Positions 47,150 through 54,173 of a DNA stretch of 54,173 nucleotides are shown here, in pieces. The position numbers and the translations under genes are program-made. The stretch spans positions 1 through 54,173 of IMG/VR virus record IMGVR_UViG_3300033153_007345. The stretch is one strand, 5' to 3'. The notes beneath the pieces are model-generated. The model saw only the letters and a program-made list of their open reading frames with translations. It was not told the origin of the DNA and did no database searches. Within the stretch, counting starts at the first letter, position 1. Every line of letters begins with the position of its first letter. Origin of the DNA: a virus (taxonomy: Duplodnaviria > Caudoviricetes).

Positions 47150-47563
47150 TGTCCACAAGGGCGGAGTACATGAGATCGACGTACCTGAGATTGAGACAGA
47201 TGATGATTGTTATCATCTTGGTGACATCCACGATCTAAAGGGATGCAAGAAGAAGAGGGTTAATGCTGTCAAGTACCTCATCGGTCGTCTGCGTACAGCA
47301 AGCGCCCACTATGTCTCTGGTAACCACGAGCTGGGGACGGATAGCGAATTCTTCCATCACGTCCATAACGGCGTCTTATTCACGCATGGGGATATCCCAG
47401 CGTGGGGTTTTGCGAAGGCTAAGAAGTTCAGGAACAAGAAACCAGGGCGTGGGTTCTTTAGTCGCAATCTTCTGCGTCCGATCTACTCGCTGCGAGGACT
47501 CAAGAATATGGCGACCTGCGCATCATTCTACTGTCCCGTGGCTACCACGAACTGGATATATAG
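47124..47563 (+). pseudogene. Calcineurin-like metallophosphoesterase (LpxH-like), frameshifted near 47500
   Basis: DVH, GDIHD, GNHE and HGD present; fifth motif GH(T/S)H absent; plausible C-terminus EYGDLRIILLSRGYHELDI* in the -1 frame ends just before the next SD. Confidence 0.65.
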
Positions 47564-47578
47564 AAAGGAAATTGGAAA

Positions 47579-47857
47579 ATGGACACAGTACTTACAATGA
47601 AAGACTCTAGGCAGGAAGCTATCTTGAAGATGGCTGAGGGCAACCCAGGGGCTCTAAATGTTTTGTTGATGCTATGTCTGGGGGAATCACCTTTGACAGG
47701 ATTTTCAGAAATGCTGCGGTTAGACAGTCTAGACATTCGTGGACCTAAGATTTGGGTTGGGTACAAAGATGTCTGCGGCAAGGACCTAGAAGTCTTTCGA
47801 GACAAAATAAAAAAATCTGGTGATGAACTGAAGAAAGCCATAGCAAGTAACTTTTGA
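47579..47857 (+). CDS. Hypothetical phage protein
   Basis: AAGGA SD; MAEGNPGAL...LDSLDIRGPKIWVGYKD. Confidence 0.7.
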   Translation: MDTVLTMKDSRQEAILKMAEGNPGALNVLLMLCLGESPLTGFSEMLRLDSLDIRGPKIWVGYKDVCGKDLEVFRDKIKKSGDELKKAIASNF

Positions 47858-47864
47858 CGAACTT

Positions 47865-48314
47865 ATGACAGAACTAGGAGAAAAGATCATGGAACAATTT
47901 TTAGAATTGTGCAGACAAGCATGGGAACAGAAGGCGGAAGTTGAAAAGATCAGGGAAGAGCTCAAGAAGGCTAACGCCAGCCTGGTTAAGACAAAGGCGT
48001 CCGTAGACAAATGGATGGAGGAGACCGAGCTGGAGAAGCAGCACGTACCAGGGTTTGGTACTCTCTATCGCCAGAAGAAGTTCTCCATAAAGGTACCCAA
48101 GACACCAGAGGACAAGCTGGCGCTATTCAATTGGATATCGGCCAACAAGGGCGAGGATGTCCTATTTGCGCTCCAGTCCATAGCGAGCCCTACGGTCAAC
48201 GCACTATACAAAGAGGAGCTGGAGATCGCTAAAAAGGAGGGTAACGTGGACTTCAATATCCCTGGTATCTCGGGGCCGAAACTCTACTGGGATATTGGGA
48301 TGAGAAAAGGCTAG
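47865..48314 (+). CDS. Coiled-coil replication/recombination-module protein
   Basis: N-terminal coiled coil, C-terminal IPGI motif; upstream of the SSB-like gene. Confidence 0.6.
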   Translation: MTELGEKIMEQFLELCRQAWEQKAEVEKIREELKKANASLVKTKASVDKWMEETELEKQHVPGFGTLYRQKKFSIKVPKTPEDKLALFNWISANKGEDVLFALQSIASPTVNALYKEELEIAKKEGNVDFNIPGISGPKLYWDIGMRKG

Positions 48315-48382
48315 TACCGTGCTAGCGGATGTGCTAGCATTGTTTTTAGTAGAGCAATTCATTTTGTAAAGGAACGTGAGAC

Positions 48383-49108
48383 ATGACAGCAGTAGCAAAA
48401 AAGCAAGAAGACGCAGCAATGGCAGCCTACGCAAATGACCTAATGGATGATGTGCCCGTGGAAGTGCAGGACATAACCATCCCCAAGATTCTTTTGCAAC
48501 AGTCCCAGTCTGGGATGTTTAAAGAGGGGAAGTCAAAGATAGGTGAGATCCGAGGATCCATGGAAGCAAACCTCATTGCAGGATCAGGGGAAGAAGTTGA
48601 GTTCATTCCTTTTGGTGTATTCAAAACGTGGGTGACAGTAAAAGTGGCTGGTGGTCAGTTCGTGACCGAGATCCCATACGCCAGTGCTCGGCTTGAAAGA
48701 GAGTCAGTCTTGGATGGGGTTGATGTGCGCAACTACCAGCAGCTTAACTACTACTGCTTGCTGCCCAAGGATATAGAGACAGGAGTCTACATGCCCTACG
48801 TGATCAGCTTCCGGTCTACTAGCTACATGGCTGGCAAAGCCCTGGAGACTAAGCGCGCGCTGCTTGCTGAGTTCAATAAGCCACTATGCTTCAAGACATT
48901 CAAGCTGTGGAGCAAAGGCGATAGGAACGATGCGGGTAACGACTACCAGGTATTCAACGTATCCGAGTCTAGGAACACAGAGCCCAAGGAGCTAGAAGCT
49001 GTGGCAGAGTGGAATAAAATAATCAAAACCAAAAACGTCGTTGTGGATGACAGCGACAACACAGCCACGGAAAAACGAGAAGGTTCCTCTGGCCAAGATG
49101 AATTTTAG
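48383..49108 (+). CDS. Putative single-stranded DNA-binding protein
   Basis: IPKILLQQSQS and ISFRSTS; acidic tail ending DEF; replication context. Confidence 0.55.
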   Translation: MTAVAKKQEDAAMAAYANDLMDDVPVEVQDITIPKILLQQSQSGMFKEGKSKIGEIRGSMEANLIAGSGEEVEFIPFGVFKTWVTVKVAGGQFVTEIPYASARLERESVLDGVDVRNYQQLNYYCLLPKDIETGVYMPYVISFRSTSYMAGKALETKRALLAEFNKPLCFKTFKLWSKGDRNDAGNDYQVFNVSESRNTEPKELEAVAEWNKIIKTKNVVVDDSDNTATEKREGSSGQDEF

Positions 49109-49128
49109 TCCGACCGTGAGCTAGAAAG

Positions 49129-49773
49129 GTGAAACCAATGTATCGACGATTCATGCTCTGGCTCATGACCACCCCTTTTTACAAGTGGGTGGTGCTTACC
49201 GTCATTCCCAAAGTACGCTTTTCAACAGGATACACCATGCTGACTGGTCGACACTATCACGCCCTTTACGAGGCTATGGAAACAGGAGACTGGATCTTCA
49301 CCGTGGACAAGAGTTCCCTAACCGGGTGGTCTATCATGAAGCTGACAGGTGGTTCTGTGAGCCACGCAGCGCAGTGCGTGGATAAAGGGAATCCTGAATG
49401 GGAAATTGGCGAGATGATCGGTACAGGATATGAGAAAGCTACGCTCTTCGATCTCGTCCACCAAGCATCGAGAGTCATCATCGCAGACCACCCCGACTGG
49501 TTTAGCGAATATCGTTTTGATATGGCATGCAGAAACAAGTCGTTTGTAGACGCAATATACGACACCCAATTTGACCTTGATGAGCTACCAGTTGGAACTT
49601 CGATGCTGGCGTGTTCAGAGCTTCTCTATCACAGTGATTTCGATCGTACTGTAGAGGTCAACCTGGAGGATGTAGGGGGGCTTGGGAAACCCTACATATC
49701 TCCGCAAGGGCTTTTGAATGGCAAGGGCTTACGGATCAAGGCAGACACTGCCAAGATGAACTTTGAGGAGTAG
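49129..49773 (+). CDS. Permuted papain-like NlpC/P60 hydrolase (YiiX/YebB-like)
   Basis: GDWIF, SHAA, YD..F and CSEL in permuted order. Confidence 0.8.
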   Translation: MKPMYRRFMLWLMTTPFYKWVVLTVIPKVRFSTGYTMLTGRHYHALYEAMETGDWIFTVDKSSLTGWSIMKLTGGSVSHAAQCVDKGNPEWEIGEMIGTGYEKATLFDLVHQASRVIIADHPDWFSEYRFDMACRNKSFVDAIYDTQFDLDELPVGTSMLACSELLYHSDFDRTVEVNLEDVGGLGKPYISPQGLLNGKGLRIKADTAKMNFEE

Positions 49774-49776
49774 CAT

Positions 49777-50022
49777 ATGAAATTTAAGATTCAACTGATC
49801 ACAAAATGCGGATGCACAAAGATGGTTGATCAGGTTTTTGATGCGCCTCCGCACAGAACGCACAGAACGTACAGAGTACCGCTAGTCACGATGACGGTAT
49901 TCAACATAGAGATAACTCCTTCTCCTTCTTTTGTTACCGATGCTAGGGAGTTTGAATACAAAGGCAAAACAGTAACTAATGACGACTACGATGTATGTGT
50001 TTTTATTTATGAGGAAATCTGA
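49777..50022 (+). CDS. Hypothetical protein
   Basis: GAGGAG SD. Confidence 0.6.
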   Translation: MKFKIQLITKCGCTKMVDQVFDAPPHRTHRTYRVPLVTMTVFNIEITPSPSFVTDAREFEYKGKTVTNDDYDVCVFIYEEI

Positions 50023-50033
50023 GGAGTAAGAAG

Positions 50034-50384
50034 ATGGCATTAGAAACGCTCAAAGGCGTGAAAGAAATAGGTGGGTTTGGAGTTTGTGAATATTACAAGG
50101 ATCAAATTATCAAGGAAAAAGATCAATTTGTAGAAGTTGATCACAGATTTAATTCTCTTCACTTTCAGCTACAGAATGGCCCGATCAAAGAGGTTGGGGT
50201 CAATGGCTGTCGAGTAGATACCTTGATCCACGCTGCTTGGCTTATTATTGGTATGCTAAATGGAAAGTATCACAGCGACTACAACGTAGAAGCATTGAAC
50301 CACCTGGGCCTAGCTATACAGGCGTTGGATGCTAGGACAAGGGACCGTGAGATTAGTGGCGTAGAGGGAACAAGTAAAGCATAA
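50034..50384 (+). CDS. tad1: Tad1-like anti-defence nucleotide sponge
   Basis: QNGPIKEVGVNG...N.EAL.HL..A...L..RTRDREISGVEGT parallels the Tad1 C-terminal pattern FQKG...HG...N..AL.H...A...R..DR..RNVLGT as I recall it. Confidence 0.6.
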   Translation: MALETLKGVKEIGGFGVCEYYKDQIIKEKDQFVEVDHRFNSLHFQLQNGPIKEVGVNGCRVDTLIHAAWLIIGMLNGKYHSDYNVEALNHLGLAIQALDARTRDREISGVEGTSKA

Positions 50385-50388
50385 GCAG

Positions 50389-50552
50389 CTGGGAGCGATG
50401 TGGGAAGCTGGGCGGCCCTCTCTGCGATGGCCTTAATCACAGACTAGCCCTGGAGACACACAGGAAGACCCGTAGGTTAGCCTTAATTGTCTAGATCGGA
50501 TGAATAGACGGGGGTAAACCGATCATGGCCCTGGTCGCGTGGGGCCTCCCAG
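50389..50552 (+). ncRNA. Putative structured RNA
   Basis: Closing stem CTGGGAG/CTCCCAG; internal GATCGG/CCGATC, GGCCC/GGGCC, CCTG/CAGG and CTAGCC/GGTTAG; GC-rich gap in a tightly packed operon. Confidence 0.5.
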
Positions 50553-50582
50553 TAGAACAAAACAACAATTAAAGGAATTGAA

Positions 50583-50897
50583 ATGCAGTTATCGTTAAAA
50601 GATTTGAAAGAACTATTTGGCAGCTCAGAAGAGCCACACCCGTACAAAATTGGAGAGAAGTACTTAGTTAGAACTATCACTATGATTTACACTGGCAGGC
50701 TAAAGGCTGTGTATAAGCAAGAGCTAGTACTTGAAGATGTGGCTTGGGTAGCAGAAACATCTAGATGGGCAGAATGCTTGAAGAATGGGGATATGGAAGA
50801 GATAGAACCGTACCCCACTGGTGAGGTTATTATCGGAAGAGGAGCTATTTTAGATGTTCCTGTCTGGGCTCATGATTTGCTGAGAGAACAGAAGTGA
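50583..50897 (+). CDS. Sm/LSm-like beta-barrel protein (104 aa)
   Basis: IGEKYLVRTITMIYTGRLKAVYKQELVLEDV resembles Sm1; GEVIIGRGAILDV resembles Sm2; AAAGGA SD. Confidence 0.55.
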   Translation: MQLSLKDLKELFGSSEEPHPYKIGEKYLVRTITMIYTGRLKAVYKQELVLEDVAWVAETSRWAECLKNGDMEEIEPYPTGEVIIGRGAILDVPVWAHDLLREQK

Positions 50898-51088
50898 ATC
50901 AAGCATTAATGAGTGAATCGTGGTCTAGGTCTTGGTCTTGGTCTGTGTCTGTGTCTAGGTCTAGGTCTAGGTTTTGGTCTAGGTCTAGGTCTAGGTCTAG
51001 GTCTAGGTCTGGGTCTAGGTCTTGGTCTAGGTCTAGGTCTGGGTCTAGGTCTTGGTCTGGGTCTTGGTCTAGGAGTAAATGTATATGA
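50894..51088 (+). CDS. Ser-Arg/Trp/Gly dipeptide-repeat peptide 1
   Basis: GTGA overlap with the upstream stop; leader MNQALMSES then (TCT-NGG)n. Confidence 0.65.
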   Translation: MNQALMSESWSRSWSWSVSVSRSRSRFWSRSRSRSRSRSGSRSWSRSRSGSRSWSGSWSRSKCI

Positions 51089-51336
51089 ATCAAGCATTAA
51101 TGAGTGAATCGTGGTCTAGGTCTAGGTCTAGGTCTTGGTCTAGGTCTAGGTCTAGGTCTGGGTCTAGGTCTTGGTCTTGTTCTGGGTCTTGGTCTTGTTC
51201 TGGGTCTAGGTCTTGGTCTGGGTCTAGGTCTGGGTCTAGGTCTAGGTCTAGGTCTGGGTCTAGGTCTAGGTCTAGGTCTTGGTCTTGGTCTTGGTCTGGG
51301 TCTTGGTCTGGGTCTAGGTCTGGGTCTAGGTCTAGG
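50921..51336. repeat. Two hexamer tandem arrays (GGTCTA/GGTCTT/GGTCTG)
   Basis: Directly visible at about 50921-51073 and 51112-51336. Confidence 0.95.
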
Positions 51337-51345
51337 AACCAGTAG
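51085..51345 (+). CDS. Ser-Arg/Trp/Gly dipeptide-repeat peptide 2
   Basis: AGGAG SD, ATGA overlap; same leader MNQALMSESWSRS. Confidence 0.65.
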   Translation: MNQALMSESWSRSRSRSWSRSRSRSGSRSWSCSGSWSCSGSRSWSGSRSGSRSRSRSGSRSRSRSWSWSWSGSWSGSRSGSRSRNQ

Positions 51346-51371
51346 AACAAAACAACAAGGAGAACAGAGTA

Positions 51372-51482
51372 ATGATTAGCATAACCACACTAGTATTTTT
51401 TTGTATTGCTGCGTGTAGTTTTGGGTTTGCTGGAGGAATTAAGTACACACAAAAGATATACGGCAGGAGGATCAGTAAGTGA
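51372..51482 (+). CDS. Small membrane peptide (36 aa)
   Basis: AAGGAG SD; MISITTLVFFCIAACSFGFAGGIK...; GTGA-coupled to the exonuclease. Confidence 0.55.
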   Translation: MISITTLVFFCIAACSFGFAGGIKYTQKIYGRRISK

Positions 51483-52210
51483 TAGTACTTGGATTAGACG
51501 TAGAAACTACAGGGCTCAGCGCAGACAAAGACAGAATCACGGAACTGGGGATGGTGCTCTACGATACGGAGCGCAAGCAACCGATCAAAATGTACAGCGA
51601 GTATGTCAAGATCGAAGGCGAGGTCTCCGCACTCATCACAGAATTGACTGGCATAACCAACGGTGACCTACAAACTTACGGTTTGCCCATCGAAAAGGTA
51701 CTCGCAGACTATATAGACTTTGCAAACGATGCCGAATACATCGTTGCACATAACGCTCCCTTTGATCGGGGCTTTCTAGTGTCGGAGTTTAGTAGAGAAT
51801 ACGCACAAGACAAGATACCCAGTAACCCGTGGCTAGACACCAGCTGTGATGTGGACTACCCAGAGGGGATTAAGACAAGAAAGCTGGAGTTCCTCGCAGC
51901 ATCCCACGGGTTTATAAACCCATGGAGTCACCGAGCCATATTCGATGTGCTCACGATGTTGAAGGTGTTGGACAACTACGATGTTGAACAGGTAACCAAA
52001 CTCGCTGCGGAGGAAAAAGTAACTCTCGTGGCAGTTTGTATGAAACCTTGGTTGGATAAAGCAGAAGATGGGAAGAAGGAAACGGATATAGCTAGGTCTT
52101 TGGGTTTCAGATGGAGCGGAGGAAAGAAGTCATGGTTAAAAGAAGTAAGGTCAAGCCAAGTAAAGGCGGAACAAAGCAACAGCAAAATAATGGTACGGGT
52201 GCTGGTATGA
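51479..52210 (+). CDS. DEDDh 3'-5' exonuclease (Pol III epsilon-like)
   Basis: LDVETTG, VAHNAPFD and HRAIFDV motifs. Confidence 0.92.
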   Translation: MIVLGLDVETTGLSADKDRITELGMVLYDTERKQPIKMYSEYVKIEGEVSALITELTGITNGDLQTYGLPIEKVLADYIDFANDAEYIVAHNAPFDRGFLVSEFSREYAQDKIPSNPWLDTSCDVDYPEGIKTRKLEFLAASHGFINPWSHRAIFDVLTMLKVLDNYDVEQVTKLAAEEKVTLVAVCMKPWLDKAEDGKKETDIARSLGFRWSGGKKSWLKEVRSSQVKAEQSNSKIMVRVLV

Positions 52211-52389
52211 AGAAGACAACATTTGCAATCCCGGCTAAAAGGAATGTAGTTCTCTACGCCAGGGTGACTGAGAAAAACAAAACCTTTTTGGCAAAAGCGG
52301 CCAAGAAGGAAGGTGTTAGCGAGTCCGCTTTGGTTGACCACGTACTGGATTGGTATAGAAATGCTAGTAACAAGAGAAAATCAAAGTGA
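52207..52389 (+). CDS. Ribbon-helix-helix protein
   Basis: VVLYARVTEKNKTFLAKAAKKEGVSESALVDHVL; ATGA overlap. Confidence 0.65.
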   Translation: MKKTTFAIPAKRNVVLYARVTEKNKTFLAKAAKKEGVSESALVDHVLDWYRNASNKRKSK

Positions 52390-54163
52390 AGTCTGTGCGA
52401 GGTTTGCTAACTCAGGAGAGTATGGACTGGACACTGAGACAACTGGTCTCAGAGCTTACCACGATGACTCTGCTTTTAGTCTTATACTTAGTGATAGTTC
52501 TGGGGCATTTTATTTCAACTTCCAAGCCTACGACTTGGATGAAAGCTTTGTTCTCGAAAAGGACGAAGTCTTCTCGCTACTAGCACCAGCCTTTGACAAT
52601 ACAGAAACCACGTGGTTCATCGGAAATGCCAAATTCGACATGGGCATGCTGGCAAAAGAGGGCGTGTTCCTCAGTGGCAAGATCCACGACACCGAGGTGA
52701 CAGGCAGAATCATCTACAACGCTGACTTTAGGTATGGTGTGGACGCCCTGGCTAAGCGGTACGGGGAGGAAAAAGACCAAGGGGTAGACGACTACATAGC
52801 CAAGAACAGGCTCTACACATGGCTTCATGCCCCTGGGAAAAAGAAGAAGGCCAAGCAGCCCCACTATGATAAAGTGCCCTTCAGCATCATTGTGCCCTAC
52901 GGTGAGAAGGATGGGATGGTGATCAGGCACATAGGCATGGAACAAAAGAAAGAGCTGGCGGCAATCGACGAGTCGATGCCAGGCTGGGATGTCCCCAGGC
53001 TATGTGAAAATGATTGGGAGCTGACCAAGACATGCTTTGCCATGGAGCGGGTTGGGATCAAAATCGACAGGGCATACTGCGAGCAGCAGTACCAAGCTGA
53101 GACTGCCCGGATGGCGGACTACGCCAGGGACTTCACTGAAACCAGCGGGTTTGAGTTCAAAGATAGTAACAAACAGCTGGCGATGGCGTTCGATGCAGCT
53201 GGGGAAAAATACCCAATGACTGAGAAGGGGAACCCATCATTCAAAGACTCGGTGCTCCAAGGATTCACATCCCCACTAGCGAAGCTCCTCCAGGGCTACC
53301 GGGACGCCAGTAAAAAGTCTGGGACCTACTATGGGAATTTTCTCTACTACGCAGACGACCAGGATCTAGTCCACGCCAACATAAGAATGGCTGGTACTAA
53401 GACGGGTCGCTTTTCGTACGCAGACCCCAACCTCCAAAATATCCCACGCAACAGCGCAGACAACCCAGGTGGTGCTCAGGTGCGCAAGTCGTTCATCCCA
53501 CGCTCTGATGAGTGGTGCTTCGTTATGATTGACTTCGATCAGATGGAGTACAGGTTGATGCTGGACTATGCTGGGGAGGAGGGGATCATAAGCAAGATCC
53601 TAGACCACGGCCTAGACGTGCACGAGGCCACAGCTGAGATGATGGGCGTAGCACGCTACGCAGCCAAGACAATCAATTTCATGCTCCTCTATGGCGGCGG
53701 AGACCAAAAGCTGGCGACTGCCCTAGACATTAGCTTCGTGGAAGCCAAGAACCTCAAGCGCCAATACTTTTCAACTTTGCCCAAAGTCGCTAGTTTCATC
53801 AACAGGGTTCGGAGGAAAGCCGAGACGGGTTTCGTGGTTAATTGGGCCGGGCGTCGGTATTTCTTCGCTGACCCCAACGATGCTTATAAGGCACCCAATC
53901 ACCTGATCCAAGGTGGCTGTGCGGACATCATGCGCTTTGGTATGAATTCTCTTTCTGATATATTGGAAAATTATAGAACCAGGATGTTAGTACAGGTCCA
54001 TGATGAAATCGTCTTCGCAGTTCACAAGTCAGAGTTTGACATTATACCTACCTTAAAGTCCACCATGGAAAATGTGTACCCACACAAGAGGCTCCCTCTA
54101 TCCTGCGGCGTTGACCACTCCTGGAAGAGTTGGGGAGACAAGGTTCCAGGTCTTCCGTCCTAG
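52361..54163 (+). CDS. polA: Family A DNA polymerase with 3'-5' exonuclease domain
   Basis: LDTETTG, TGRFS..PNLQNIP, DFDQMEYR, KTINFMLLYG and QVHDEI; likely start ATG 52361. Confidence 0.95.
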   Translation: MLVTRENQSEVCARFANSGEYGLDTETTGLRAYHDDSAFSLILSDSSGAFYFNFQAYDLDESFVLEKDEVFSLLAPAFDNTETTWFIGNAKFDMGMLAKEGVFLSGKIHDTEVTGRIIYNADFRYGVDALAKRYGEEKDQGVDDYIAKNRLYTWLHAPGKKKKAKQPHYDKVPFSIIVPYGEKDGMVIRHIGMEQKKELAAIDESMPGWDVPRLCENDWELTKTCFAMERVGIKIDRAYCEQQYQAETARMADYARDFTETSGFEFKDSNKQLAMAFDAAGEKYPMTEKGNPSFKDSVLQGFTSPLAKLLQGYRDASKKSGTYYGNFLYYADDQDLVHANIRMAGTKTGRFSYADPNLQNIPRNSADNPGGAQVRKSFIPRSDEWCFVMIDFDQMEYRLMLDYAGEEGIISKILDHGLDVHEATAEMMGVARYAAKTINFMLLYGGGDQKLATALDISFVEAKNLKRQYFSTLPKVASFINRVRRKAETGFVVNWAGRRYFFADPNDAYKAPNHLIQGGCADIMRFGMNSLSDILENYRTRMLVQVHDEIVFAVHKSEFDIIPTLKSTMENVYPHKRLPLSCGVDHSWKSWGDKVPGLPS

Positions 54164-54173
54164 GAAATACCGC
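54060..54173. repeat. Terminal direct repeat copy 2
   Basis: Identical to 1-114. Confidence 0.95.

Larger units (their letters stand above)
50549..51358. repeat. 20-bp direct repeat pair (50549-50568, 51339-51358)
   Basis: CCAGTAGAACAAAACAACAA occurs exactly twice, bracketing three genes. Confidence 0.9.

Noticed and set aside
38409-50552. tRNA or tmRNA identity for the two structured elements
   Set aside because: No T-loop GTTC motif, cloverleaf geometry or tag reading frame recognised
50921-51336. CRISPR array
   Set aside because: No repeat-spacer alternation and no cas genes; the other direct repeats occur only as pairs
50899-51379. Poly-GL, poly-PR and poly-DL/DP/DQ ORFs over the hexamer arrays
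   Set aside because: They are by-products of a 6-bp repeat lacking stops in those frames; only the Ser-X frame has stop/start coupling, an SD and a duplicated leader

Overview
The window is an apparently complete, circularly assembled genome of a tailed dsDNA phage (siphovirus-type). Bases 1-114 are identical to 54060-54173, so the unique length is 54,059 bp. The minus strand (3054-38362) carries the late module: HNH, terminases, portal-MuF fusion, prohead protease, HK97-fold capsid, a block of putative head decoration proteins, neck, tail tube, a -1 frameshifted chaperone, a 2262-aa tape measure, tail tip and fibres, and lysis genes. The replication/early module contains a primase-helicase, an iteron plus DnaA-box origin candidate, a SNF2 helicase with an HNH intein, an SSB-like protein, a DEDD exonuclease, a family A polymerase and a VRR-NUC nuclease. 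I found no integrase, HTH repressor, tRNA or CRISPR array; regulation appears to rest on four ribbon-helix-helix proteins. The most unusual features are: (1) next to a Tad1-like anti-defence gene, a structured RNA followed by a direct-repeat-flanked cassette encoding an Sm/LSm-like protein translationally coupled to two Ser-Arg/Trp/Gly dipeptide-repeat peptides with identical leaders; (2) a ~210-bp segment of the lysis operon that looks inverted and holds a holin-like gene; (3) three genes with frameshifting lesions that look like internal deletions; (4) tail-fibre-like proteins with Sec-type signal peptides; (5) a small-membrane-protein cassette under duplicated sigma28-like promoters. All family assignments come from motif recognition by eye, not from database searches.
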